Origin: Syntrophales bacterium
GTDB lineage: Bacteria; Desulfobacterota; Syntrophia; Syntrophales; UBA6807
Reading direction: 5' to 3'
DNA length: 64,000 bases
Assembly (NCBI GenBank): GCA_040767195.1
Contig: JAXGPA010000006.1
Location: 1 to 64,000, forward strand
The position numbers were made by a program, and so were the translations under genes. Each line of letters begins with the position of its first letter. Position 1 is the stretch's first letter. Below the pieces are notes generated by a model. The model was not told the origin of the DNA, ran no database searches, and worked only from the letters and a program-made list of their open reading frames with translations. Positions 8,506 to 17,749 of the stretch are shown here, one piece after another.

Positions 8506-10032
8506 TCAGCGGCCGCCGCCGCTCTTTGCCGGGCCTTCCGTCCATGAACGGAGAAGTTCCACGAGAAGCCTCACGGAAAACCCCGTTCCCCCCTTGGGGA
8601 TGTCGGGCCGGTCCTTGGTCGAAAAGGCCGGCCCGGCGATATCCAGGTGGGCCCACGGGACCTTCCCGACAAAGTTTTCCAGGAAAAGGGCCGCCGTTAC
8701 AGCGCCTCCTTCGCGCCCCCCGGTGTTCTTCAGGTCCGCCGTGTCGCTTTTCAGGCGCTCCCCGTATTCCCGGTAGAGAGGAAGCTCCCACACGGGTTCC
8801 CCGGTTTCGTCCGACGCCTTCCGGATCTTCTCGACCAGGCCGCCGTCGTTTCCGAAAAGCCCGGCCACCTCCGGCCCCAGGGCGACGACACAGGCCCCGG
8901 TGAGCGTGGCCACGTCGATGACCGCCTCGGGGTCCAGGCGGTCCGCGTACGCCAGGGCGTCCGCCAGGAGCAGGCGTCCCTCGGCATCGGTGTTGATGAT
9001 CTCGATGGACTTTCCCCGAAGGGACCGGACCACGTCTCCCGGGCGTGTGGCCCGGCCGCCGGGAAGGTTCTCCGCGGCGGGAACGACGGCGGACACGTTC
9101 AGGGGGAGGCCGAGATCCGCCGCCGCCCGCAGGGCCGCCAGGACGGCCGCGCCGCCGGCCATGTCGTCCTTCATCTCGTGCATCCGCTCCGCCGGTTTCA
9201 GGCTGATCCCGCCGCTGTCGAAGGTGACGCCTTTCCCCACGAGGACGACGGGCTTCGCCTTCCGGCCCCCGCCCCGGTACTCGGCGAGGATGAGTTTCGG
9301 CGGTTCGTCGGAGCCTTTCGACACGGCGAGAAGGGCGTTCATGTTCATTTTTTTCAGGGCCGCCCGGTCAAAGACGGTTACCTTGAGGGGCCGGCCCTTC
9401 GCCATGTCCACGGCCCGGCGGGCCAGGAGGCCCGGTGTCATATCGTTGGCCGGCATGTTAACGAGGTCCCGGGCGAAACGGACGGCCTCGGCGACGGCTT
9501 TTCCCGCCTCCAGGCCCTTCGTGGCGAGGGCCTTTCCTTTACGGGACTCTTCAAGGAAAAGGAGGCTTTTCAGTTCCTTCTTCGACTGGTCGTCCTTCTC
9601 CCTGTAAAGGTCGAACCGGTAGAGGCCCAGGAGGGCCCCTTCCGCCGCCGCCCGGGCGATCGCTTCCGGGCCCGCCGGCAGCGCCCCGGGATCGAGGGAC
9701 AGGGCCGCCTCGGACACGCCCCGGTCACGCAGGGCCCGCACCGTCCCGGCCACTCCCTCCCGGAACCTTCCGGGGTGGAACTCCTCTTTCTTCCCCAGGC
9801 CGAAGACGGCGATCCGGGGGGACGGGAGGGCGCCCCGCCCGTCGAGGATCGCCACCTGGCGGCGCTTGCCCTGGAAGGCCTCCCCTTTCAGCCGCTCCGC
9901 GAGGGTCCCAGAAAGGGCGGCGTCGACCGAGGACGCGCCCCCTTCCAGCGGTTCCATTCCTTCGAAAACGGAAACGATGACGGCCTGGGAAGCCACTTTC
10001 GCCGGGCCCTGCGCTTTGACGGTGAATTTCAC
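8506..10032 (-). CDS. pepA: Leucyl aminopeptidase (M17)
   Basis: VGKGVTFDSGG, MKDDMAG, NTDAEGRL, ATLTGA, WAHLDIAG. Start set at GTG 10032 (RBS AAGGAG). Confidence 0.95.
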   Translation of the reverse strand: MKFTVKAQGPAKVASQAVIVSVFEGMEPLEGGASSVDAALSGTLAERLKGEAFQGKRRQVAILDGRGALPSPRIAVFGLGKKEEFHPGRFREGVAGTVRALRDRGVSEAALSLDPGALPAGPEAIARAAAEGALLGLYRFDLYREKDDQSKKELKSLLFLEESRKGKALATKGLEAGKAVAEAVRFARDLVNMPANDMTPGLLARRAVDMAKGRPLKVTVFDRAALKKMNMNALLAVSKGSDEPPKLILAEYRGGGRKAKPVVLVGKGVTFDSGGISLKPAERMHEMKDDMAGGAAVLAALRAAADLGLPLNVSAVVPAAENLPGGRATRPGDVVRSLRGKSIEIINTDAEGRLLLADALAYADRLDPEAVIDVATLTGACVVALGPEVAGLFGNDGGLVEKIRKASDETGEPVWELPLYREYGERLKSDTADLKNTGGREGGAVTAALFLENFVGKVPWAHLDIAGPAFSTKDRPDIPKGGTGFSVRLLVELLRSWTEGPAKSGGGR

Positions 10033-10169
10033 GGGGGACGCTCCTTTCTTCGTGTCGGTAAAACCCGCCGGAAACGGTTTTCTGAACATAGCGGCCGGGG
10101 GTGAAAATGTCAACGGACGAACGGAATCCTCTAAAAAAAGCAGCCGCGGGTTTTCGACCATGAGTTTTC

Positions 10170-10198
10170 TTTACATCGGGCATCTTTTCCAGTATAGA
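10170..10198 (+). promoter_or_regulatory. sigma70-type promoter for the ycaO operon
   Basis: TTTACA-N17-TATAGA; RBS GAGGAGG precedes the TTG at 10236. Confidence 0.5.
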
Positions 10199-10235
10199 AC
10201 CGGCAAGGCGTGTCAAAGGCGCGAGGAGGGCCCCC

Positions 10236-11435
10236 TTGGAAATCCGCCTGAAATCCTGTCCCAAAACCTACGTTAGGGAAACCCACCGGTCCCGCACCCC
10301 GGAAGAGACGCGGCTCTTCGTGAACCGGATGAAGTCGGTCCTGGAGATGCGCGATTTCCGCGAGATCTCTTCCCTGGACAGGATCGGCATACCCGTCTTC
10401 ACCTGTCATCGCGTCCGCCCCGACGGTTCCCGGACGGACCACACGGGAAAGGGTCTGAGCCCCGTGCAGGCCGAGGTGTCCCTGACCATGGAGTCGGTGG
10501 AGCGCTATTCCTCGGAATACCGGGACGTGTGGAAGCCGGGACTGGTTCGCGGGAGTTACCGCGACCTGTGCCGGCAGGAACCCGTCGTCGACCCGGAGGA
10601 CCTCATCCTTCCCCGGGGAAGCAGTTACGCGCCGGACCGGCCCATTCACTGGGTCCGGGGATATGACCTCCTTCAAGGGGAGGACATCCTGGTTCCCGCC
10701 TTCGAGGTCTACCACCCCTTCCCCCTGGACGACCCCCCGATCATCGCGACCCACACCAACGGCATCGCCTCGGGCAACACCCTGGAAGAGGCGGTCTTCC
10801 ACGGCCTGACGGAGGTCATCGAGCGGGACGCCTGGAGCCTCACCAAGTACCGGGAGGAACCGGGCAGGGCCCTCTATCTCACCCCCTCCGAGGACACGCG
10901 CTTCATCACCGAAATCGTCGGCCGTTTCGACGGGGGGGACGTGGAGGTCGTGGCGAAAGACATCACGTCCGACCTGGGCGTCCCGGTCGTGGCCGCCTTC
11001 TCCCGGGACCTGGTTTACCGGAACATGATCCCCATCGACGGGTTCGGGAGCCACCTGGATCCGCGGGTGGCCCTCGCCCGGGCCCTCCTGGAAATCGCCA
11101 CGACCCGGGGGCTGTTTTTCCAGAAGCTGGGCCCCGCCGGGGCGGAAGCCGGCGCGACGGGCTACGTGGGCGACAGCTGGAACGACGAGGACTGGCGGTT
11201 TCTGGCCGACGAAGAGGCATCCCTCGACGACATGGACGCCCGGTTCAGCGGGGACATTCTGACGGACATCGAGACGGTTCTTGACCGGCTGCGGGAAAAA
11301 GGCTTCCGGCGGGCCGTGGCCGTGGACCTGACCAGGGACGAGACGAAAATCCCCACGGCCCGGATCATCGTCCCGGGAATGGAAGTGTACTGCTTCGATC
11401 CTTCCCGGCGGGGCCGGCGCCTGGCGGAGTCGTAA
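10236..11435 (+). CDS. ycaO: YcaO-family protein resembling methanogen McrA-thioamidating YcaO
   Basis: ATP-site motifs [36 protein letters not shown]-terminal [12 protein letters not shown] and [10 protein letters not shown]-terminus [12 protein letters not shown] with no PxP tail. Confidence 0.9.
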   Translation: MEIRLKSCPKTYVRETHRSRTPEETRLFVNRMKSVLEMRDFREISSLDRIGIPVFTCHRVRPDGSRTDHTGKGLSPVQAEVSLTMESVERYSSEYRDVWKPGLVRGSYRDLCRQEPVVDPEDLILPRGSSYAPDRPIHWVRGYDLLQGEDILVPAFEVYHPFPLDDPPIIATHTNGIASGNTLEEAVFHGLTEVIERDAWSLTKYREEPGRALYLTPSEDTRFITEIVGRFDGGDVEVVAKDITSDLGVPVVAAFSRDLVYRNMIPIDGFGSHLDPRVALARALLEIATTRGLFFQKLGPAGAEAGATGYVGDSWNDEDWRFLADEEASLDDMDARFSGDILTDIETVLDRLREKGFRRAVAVDLTRDETKIPTARIIVPGMEVYCFDPSRRGRRLAES

Positions 11436-11447
11436 GGAGGCGGAACC

Positions 11448-11798
11448 ATGCTTGAGGAAAAGGAAATCGCCGAACGGCTCGAGTACTGCTACCTCGTTTA
11501 CTGCCAGCTCGTGGCCCTTCAGATGAACGAATCCGTCGAGCCCTTCGAGTACATCTCGACCCTGAAAAACTCCTCCCTTCACATCGAGGAGGACGGGTTC
11601 ATCGGGGTCTCCCTGAAGGACGGCCTCGTTATGGGAATCGAGGACGGCGGGCTCTCGAACCTGGTCAGCCTTTACGAGGGATTCGTCCACGCCTTCTGCG
11701 AGGTCCTCGAAACGGACATGGAAGCCGTGAAAAACGCCATCCCCGGGGATATCCTTGAGAAAATCATCCGGGAAGTCAACCCCAGGGCGAAGGTCTGA
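11448..11798 (+). CDS. Hypothetical acidic protein (116 aa) coupled to ycaO
   Basis: Strong RBS TAAGGAGG overlaps the ycaO stop; host-like codon usage; no recognisable family. Confidence 0.8.
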   Translation: MLEEKEIAERLEYCYLVYCQLVALQMNESVEPFEYISTLKNSSLHIEEDGFIGVSLKDGLVMGIEDGGLSNLVSLYEGFVHAFCEVLETDMEAVKNAIPGDILEKIIREVNPRAKV

Positions 11799-11827
11799 AC
11801 CCTTCGCCGGAAGACAGGGCACGCGGT

Positions 11828-13669
11828 ATGACCGAAGAAATCAGAAAAAAAGACGGCGACCCCGGAAAATCGGCTTCCTTCTGGCGGAAATGGCTGGGCC
11901 CGTTCGATGAGACGGGCGAGGGAGCGAACGGCGACGAGAGGGGAAGCCTCCCGGAAACGCTGGCGTCTCTTTTTCAACATGTCCTCGACGGCGTCCTCGT
12001 CCTCGATTTCAAGGGAAAGGTCCTCTTCTGCAACGGCGCCGCGGCGCGGATGTTCGGTTTCCAGACCATCGAGGAGTGCCTCGGCCGGAACGCCCTCGAA
12101 TTCGTCACCCGGGAATACCGGTCCCGGGTCATCCGGGACCAGGCTGCCGTCCTCCTGGGAAAAGAGGGGTTTCTCTCCCAGTACCGGGCCGTCCGCGCCA
12201 ACGGCGAGGAATTCTGGATCGAGGGGCTGGGAAGCAAGGTCTCACTCGACGGTCGGGAGATCAACCTCGTCACCATCCGGGACGTGAGCGAACGGATACA
12301 GCTGGAAGAGAAAGTCCGGAGATCGGAGGAAAAGCACCGCTCCATCCTCGACGCCATCGAGGAAGCCTATTTCGAGGTGGACCTCCGGGGAAACATCACC
12401 TACGTCAACCAGGCGGCCCTGGCGATGACCGGGTACGAGGCGGAAGAACTGGTGGGAATGAACAACCGGGACTACACCGCCCCGGAAACCGCCTCGAGAA
12501 TGTTCCGCATTTTCCGGAAAATTCACGACACCGGGCAGACCGCGGAAATCACGAATTACGAAATCATCCGGAAAGACGGCTCAAAGAGGATCCTCGAGGT
12601 GTCCGCCTCCCTGATCCGGAACGACCGCGGGGAGCCGGCGGGTTTCCGGGGCGTCGCCCGCGACGTGACGGCGCAAAACCAGGAAAGGGAAGCCTGGCGG
12701 CAGTACGAATTCATCGTCAACGCCGTGAAGGACCCCATGACGCTCATCAACCGGGATTACGTCTATGAAGTGATCAACGACGCCTACACGAGGGCCTACC
12801 AGATGAAACGGGAGGACATCCTGGGGCGGAGCGTCTCGGAGGTCTGGGGGGAGGAGAGTTTCACCAAGGTCATCCGGCAGCGCGTGGACCGGTGCCTCGA
12901 GGGCCATGAAGTGAACTACCAGGCCTGGTTCGAATTCCCTGCCCTCGGAAAGTGCTACTTCGATGTCACCTACTACCCTTACCGGAACCGGGAAGGCCGG
13001 GTGACCCATGCCGTCGTCGTTTCCCACGACATGACGGAACACCGCAAAGCCCAGGAAAACCTGAAAAAAAGTCTCGACGACCTGGCCAGCACCCTGGAAA
13101 AGACGGTGGATTCCCTCGCCTCCGCCCTGGAAGTGAGGGACCCGTACACGGCGGGTCACCAGCGGCGGGTCGCCTTCCTGGCCTGCGCCATGGCGAAGGA
13201 AATGGGCCTGGAGGACGACAAGGTTCACGCCATCCGGCTCGCCTCCCTGGTGCACGATGTGGGCAAGATCAACGTGCCCACGGAAATCCTGACAAAACCG
13301 GGCAGGCTCACGGAAATCGAGATGAACATGATCAGGCTCCATAGCCAGGTGGGACATGACATTCTGAAGAACGTCCAATTCCCCTGGCCCATTGCCCGGA
13401 TCGTCCTGGAGCACCACGAACGGATCGACGGATCGGGATACCCGGGTGGTCTCCGGTCGGAGGAAATTCTCATGGAGTCGCGGGTCATCGCCGTGGCCGA
13501 CGTGGTGGAGGCCATTTCCTCGCACAGGCCCTACCGGCCCGCCCTGGGCATCGACGCGGCCCTCGGGGAAATCGAGAAGAACCGGGGAATCTTCTACGAG
13601 CCCGAAGCGGTGGACGCCTGCCTGCGCCTGTTCCGGGAAAAAGGGTTTTCCATCGAAACGGTTTCATAA
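11828..13669 (+). CDS. PAS(x3)-HD-GYP cyclic-dinucleotide phosphodiesterase
   Basis: Three PAS/PAC repeats, then DPYTAGHQRRV, HDVGKI, HHERIDGSGYP and ADVVEA. Confidence 0.92.
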   Translation: MTEEIRKKDGDPGKSASFWRKWLGPFDETGEGANGDERGSLPETLASLFQHVLDGVLVLDFKGKVLFCNGAAARMFGFQTIEECLGRNALEFVTREYRSRVIRDQAAVLLGKEGFLSQYRAVRANGEEFWIEGLGSKVSLDGREINLVTIRDVSERIQLEEKVRRSEEKHRSILDAIEEAYFEVDLRGNITYVNQAALAMTGYEAEELVGMNNRDYTAPETASRMFRIFRKIHDTGQTAEITNYEIIRKDGSKRILEVSASLIRNDRGEPAGFRGVARDVTAQNQEREAWRQYEFIVNAVKDPMTLINRDYVYEVINDAYTRAYQMKREDILGRSVSEVWGEESFTKVIRQRVDRCLEGHEVNYQAWFEFPALGKCYFDVTYYPYRNREGRVTHAVVVSHDMTEHRKAQENLKKSLDDLASTLEKTVDSLASALEVRDPYTAGHQRRVAFLACAMAKEMGLEDDKVHAIRLASLVHDVGKINVPTEILTKPGRLTEIEMNMIRLHSQVGHDILKNVQFPWPIARIVLEHHERIDGSGYPGGLRSEEILMESRVIAVADVVEAISSHRPYRPALGIDAALGEIEKNRGIFYEPEAVDACLRLFREKGFSIETVS

Positions 13670-13698
13670 AAAAAGCCGGGACAAAGGTCCCGGCTTTT
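13668..13698. terminator. Bidirectional intrinsic terminator
   Basis: AAAAGCCGGGAC-aaag-GTCCCGGCTTTT between convergent genes. Confidence 0.85.
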
Positions 13699-13722
13699 CC
13701 CAAGTGTGCTTTCGCGACCGCC

Positions 13723-14505
13723 CTACTTCACCTTCCGGGCCAGGAAGTATCCATCGGGGTCGCATTTTTCCCGAAGAAGCTTCAGGTCCTCCTTCGTCGG
13801 CTCCGCCATGGTCTTGAGGTCCGGGGAAATGAGGAGCTCGAAGCTCACCTTTTCCTGGATCTGCTCCGCCGTTCTTCCCGGGGCGACTTCCAGGAGCGTC
13901 ATACGCCGGGTCCCTTCATCGAAGCCGAAAAGGGCCTCGTTGGTGATGACCCGGTAAGGACCGGAGCCCATGACCCCCGCCTTTTCCCGGTAATCCGGGG
14001 CCCCGTCGCCGTAGCCGATGCTGGTTACGAACTCGAGCTTTTTGGAAAAACGCCTTTTTTCCAGGGCCATGATAATGATGGATTTTTCGCAGTTCGCCGC
14101 CATGGCGCCGGCACCGCCGCTCCCGGGAAACCGGGTCTGGGCTTCCGTGTATGTTCCGCCCTCGAAGGTGGAGTTCACGTTCCCGTACATGTCGATCTGG
14201 GCGCCGCCGATGAAGGCGTAGTCGGCATGGCCCCGCTGGGTGAGCTCGAAAACGGCGCAAAGGCCCTTCAGGTAAACGGCCTTGCGGCAGGCCCGGGTGT
14301 CACCCACGGACAGGGGCATCCCCATCTCCAGGACCGGCGACAGGGGGCCGGATTCGAAAATCATCCCGAGCCCCGGGGCATGGGTGAGCTGGGCATGCAT
14401 GGACGCGATGATGGGAAGCCCCGTTCCCACGAAAACGATCTTGTTATCCTCAAGCACACGGGATCCCGTGTAGGCTATCATTTCAAAGGGTGTGTATTCG
14501 GACAT
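13723..14505 (-). CDS. Family I CoA-transferase beta subunit (glutaconate CoA-transferase GctB-like)
   Basis: VFVGTGLP, catalytic Glu in IFESG, GGAQIDMYGNVNS, RFPGSGGA. Confidence 0.85.
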   Translation of the reverse strand: MSEYTPFEMIAYTGSRVLEDNKIVFVGTGLPIIASMHAQLTHAPGLGMIFESGPLSPVLEMGMPLSVGDTRACRKAVYLKGLCAVFELTQRGHADYAFIGGAQIDMYGNVNSTFEGGTYTEAQTRFPGSGGAGAMAANCEKSIIIMALEKRRFSKKLEFVTSIGYGDGAPDYREKAGVMGSGPYRVITNEALFGFDEGTRRMTLLEVAPGRTAEQIQEKVSFELLISPDLKTMAEPTKEDLKLLREKCDPDGYFLARKVK

Positions 14506-14539
14506 TCCTGTATCCTCCTTGCTCCTTGTGTTTTCTCTG

Positions 14540-15628
14540 TCACGAAAGGATGATCGGCTGGCCGCCGTCCATGTCCCGGATCTTCTTCAGCGTCTTGTAG
14601 GGCAGCTTGGCCAGAAAGTCGTCATGGGTCTCGCAGCCGAAGACGAAGTCCTCGTAGTATTTTTTCAGCTTGTCGGCATTCCCCGTCTTCCGGAACTCGT
14701 CGGAGGCGCTCCGGAACATGAGGATGTGCTCCATGTCGAACCAGTAGAATCCGTACTGGGCGCCGGGGTAGGAGGCGAACCGCTGCTCCACCAGGGCATC
14801 CACGGCGGTGAAGGGGATCTCCGTCAGGTTGGGGTATGTCCGGATGTTTTCCGAGGGAATGATCTGTTCCGCCGTCACGATGGTGTTGGCCGAAGCCATG
14901 GCGATCTCGGGACAGGTGCACAGGGCGCCGAAGATCCGGCAGTTGCCGTAGATGTCCGCGGCGGTCACGCTGAGGAGCCCCACGTCGGGGTAACAGGCCG
15001 GCACGAGGTAAGAATTCTTCCCGGTGAAGGGGCTTTCCACCATGACGCCCCGGTTCACCAGTTCCATGTCCGCTCCGCCGTGGTCCCGGACGGGGATGAA
15101 CTCGAGACCCATGGCGGCGGCCTTGAACCGGGCGGACATCCCGTAGTTGGTGTAATCGTCCAGGCGGATCATGCCCTTGGCGTTGAGATGCCGGAGCAGG
15201 GGCGCGATCCCGATCACTTCATAGCCCCACCACGCCAGCTCCACCCGCTTGATGGTGATCTGTTCCGGGTAAAGAAGCATGGCCCCCGCCAGGAGTTCCG
15301 GGCAGATGGAACTGGACTGGAAACACAGGGTGAGATCCTTCGCGCCCTGGCGGATGATCTCATGGATCGTGGCTACAGGCGGGCGGGTGTTGACAAACCC
15401 GCCGATACCGATGCTAAGGCCTTCTCTCCCGTGGATATACTTTTGAACGGCTTCCTTGAGGGTCATTCGCTTGTCGACCATGCCCTTGGGCTTGTTGACC
15501 ATGATCTTCCGGGCTTCTTCCGGAGTGGGTCCCCAAAACTCAAAGGGCTCTTCAGCGTACTTTTTCACCAGGGCTTCATCGAGGCTGGTGATTTTCTTGA
15601 TAGACGATCCTTCTTTTCTCTTGATCAT
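14540..15628 (-). CDS. Family I CoA-transferase alpha subunit (GctA-like)
   Basis: MTLKEAV..IGGF..RPP..HEIIRQG, ARFKAAAMGLEFIP, SPFTG, ADIYGN. Confidence 0.85.
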   Translation of the reverse strand: MIKRKEGSSIKKITSLDEALVKKYAEEPFEFWGPTPEEARKIMVNKPKGMVDKRMTLKEAVQKYIHGREGLSIGIGGFVNTRPPVATIHEIIRQGAKDLTLCFQSSSICPELLAGAMLLYPEQITIKRVELAWWGYEVIGIAPLLRHLNAKGMIRLDDYTNYGMSARFKAAAMGLEFIPVRDHGGADMELVNRGVMVESPFTGKNSYLVPACYPDVGLLSVTAADIYGNCRIFGALCTCPEIAMASANTIVTAEQIIPSENIRTYPNLTEIPFTAVDALVEQRFASYPGAQYGFYWFDMEHILMFRSASDEFRKTGNADKLKKYYEDFVFGCETHDDFLAKLPYKTLKKIRDMDGGQPIILS

Positions 15629-15731
15629 TCCTGACCTCCAATAATTTCCTTTCCCTCAGGACGGAAAAACGGCCCTCGCGGCCCGCCCCCCCGGGGGAAG
15701 TCATTGCTGACCCTCCTTTTCCCGGTTGGCG

Positions 15732-15760
15732 TCTATACAGGAAAGTTCCCTTCCCGTCAA
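15732..15760 (-). promoter_or_regulatory. sigma70-type promoter for the CoA-transferase operon
   Basis: TTGACG-N17-TATAGA. Confidence 0.55.
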
Positions 15761-15830
15761 GAAATGAAAGAGGTTTCCTATTGACAACATCTTTTTCCCT
15801 GTGGTACGTCGTGAAGCGGAAAAACCGCTT

Positions 15831-15916
15831 GGATCCCCTCCAGGGACTGAGACGGGAACCGTGCCTGAAGAAACCTTTTCCGCGCTTCCCCCAAAAAGCG
15901 CGTCCCTTCCGGTATC
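15831..15916 (+). ncRNA. pan RNA motif-like cis-regulatory element
   Basis: GAUCCCCUCCAG-GGA-CUGAGACGGGA hairpin with bulged A (15834-15857) and a partial second unit GCGUCCCUUCCGG. Lies in the leader of panG-panB, downstream of TTGACA at 15781. Match is from memory of the Rfam pan family. Confidence 0.55.
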
Positions 15917-15970
15917 CCCCCGCCCCGAGCCCCTACGTTGTCCGAGCTGAAAGGAACACGGGGGAACATC

Positions 15971-16861
15971 GTGCCAGAAGAAAAAGACACCATCGCCATC
16001 ATCGGCCTGGGCCGGGTCGGCACCGCCATGGGGATTCTTCTCCAGGCCGCGGGCTATCCCGTCACCGCCGTCTCCAGTCGTTCCGCCCCGCCCGCCGGCG
16101 CGGGCGTGGAACCGACAGGCGCCCTTTTCCATGAGAACCCCGCCGACGCGGCGGCGCAGGCCCGATGCGTTCTCATCACGACAAGCGACGACGCCATCGC
16201 GCCCGTTTGCGAACGAATCGCCCGGTCGGGGGCGGTGGGTCCGGGAAAAAAGGTCGTCCACATGAGCGGCGCCGGGGGGCTCGACCTTCTTGCCACCGCG
16301 TCCCGAAAGGGCGCTTTCGTGGCATGCATCCACCCCATACAGGCCTTTGCGAACGCGAAGAGCGCCCTTTCTTCCATCCCGGGAAGCACGTTCGGCATCA
16401 CCGCCGACGAGGCCATCCGGGACTGGGCCGTCGGGCTTGTCCGGGACATCGGCGGTGTTCCATTCTTCGTTCCCGGGAACCGCAAGGCCCTCTACCACGC
16501 CGCGGCCTGCATCGCCTCCAACTACCTCGTCACGCTCCTATACGTGGTCTCGAAAATCGGCGAAGCCTTCGGCCTCGCTGAGCGGGAAACCCTTGACGCC
16601 TACGGGCCTCTCGTCCGGGGAACGATCCGGAATATCGAGGAGCACGGCACCATTTCGGCCCTGACGGGTCCCATCGCCCGGGGTGACGGGGGAACGGTGG
16701 CGCGCCATTTCGAAGCTTTCGAGGAATCCCTTCCCCGGTACCTCGACGCCTACCGGGCACTGGGGGAGATCACCGTGGACATGGCCGTGGAAAAAAAGAC
16801 CGTGGCCCCGGAAAAAGCCGAAACCATACGATCCATATTGAAGGGAGGAAAACAGTCATGA
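15971..16861 (+). CDS. panG: Rossmann-like + DUF2520 protein, probable ketopantoate reductase PanG
   Basis: [46 protein letters not shown]-coupled to panB. Start set at GTG 15971. Confidence 0.8.
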   Translation: MPEEKDTIAIIGLGRVGTAMGILLQAAGYPVTAVSSRSAPPAGAGVEPTGALFHENPADAAAQARCVLITTSDDAIAPVCERIARSGAVGPGKKVVHMSGAGGLDLLATASRKGAFVACIHPIQAFANAKSALSSIPGSTFGITADEAIRDWAVGLVRDIGGVPFFVPGNRKALYHAAACIASNYLVTLLYVVSKIGEAFGLAERETLDAYGPLVRGTIRNIEEHGTISALTGPIARGDGGTVARHFEAFEESLPRYLDAYRALGEITVDMAVEKKTVAPEKAETIRSILKGGKQS

Positions 16862-17676
16862 GTCAGGAAGTCAAATTGAACCCCGTGACGACGTTCACCG
16901 TCCGGGAGATGAAGCGCAAGGGCGAGAAGATCACCATGCTCACGGCCTACGATTTTTCCACGGCCTCCATCGTGGACCAGGCCGGGGTGGACATGATTCT
17001 CGTCGGAGATTCCCTGGGAATGTGCATCCTCGGCTACGACAGCACCCTTCCCGTCACCATGGACGACATGATCCGCCACACCCAGGCCGTCGTCCGGGGC
17101 GTTAAACGGGCCATGGTCGTCGCCGACATGCCCTTCATGTCCTACCAGGCCTCCATCGATGAGGCCATCCACAACGCCGGCAGGCTCATGAAGGAGGGGA
17201 ACGCCCACGCCGTCAAGCTCGAGGGGGGACGGGATGTGGCCGAGGTTGTCCGGCGGACCGTCTCCGCCGGGATCCCCGTCGTCGGGCACCTGGGGCTCAC
17301 GCCCCAGTCGGTGCACCAGCTCGGCGGCTACAGGGTCCAGGGAAAGGGCGACACGGCAGCCCGGCGCCTCCTGGAGGACGCGAAGATCCTCGAGGAGGCG
17401 GGCGCCTTCAGCATCGTTCTCGAGTGTGTCCCCGAGGGACTGGGTGAGGAGGTTTCAAAGGCCCTGGCGATCCCGACCATCGGCATCGGCGGGGGCGTCC
17501 ACTGCGACGGCCAGGTCCTGGTGGTAAACGACATGCTCGGCATGTTCGAAAAATTCACCCCCAAGTTCGTCAAGAAGTACGCGAATCTGAACGTGAACAT
17601 GAAGGAGGCGGTGGGCCGGTACGTCGAGGAAGTCCGCCAGGGGGTGTTCCCGGGAAAGGAACACTCCTTTCTGTAA
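16858..17676 (+). CDS. panB: 3-methyl-2-oxobutanoate hydroxymethyltransferase
   Basis: [51 protein letters not shown]. Confidence 0.98.
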   Translation: MSQEVKLNPVTTFTVREMKRKGEKITMLTAYDFSTASIVDQAGVDMILVGDSLGMCILGYDSTLPVTMDDMIRHTQAVVRGVKRAMVVADMPFMSYQASIDEAIHNAGRLMKEGNAHAVKLEGGRDVAEVVRRTVSAGIPVVGHLGLTPQSVHQLGGYRVQGKGDTAARRLLEDAKILEEAGAFSIVLECVPEGLGEEVSKALAIPTIGIGGGVHCDGQVLVVNDMLGMFEKFTPKFVKKYANLNVNMKEAVGRYVEEVRQGVFPGKEHSFL

Positions 17677-17749
17677 GAGGATCGGGGGCCTCCCCTCCGG
17701 TGAAAGGTCCGCCAGGGGGAGGCCCGGCCGTTGTTACCGGCGCCTTTCC

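Noticed and set aside
10236..11435. YcaO as part of a classical azole/thiopeptide RiPP cluster
   Set aside because: No Cys/Ser/Thr-rich precursor, E1-like partner, flavin dehydrogenase, protease or exporter nearby, and no Pro-rich C-terminus.
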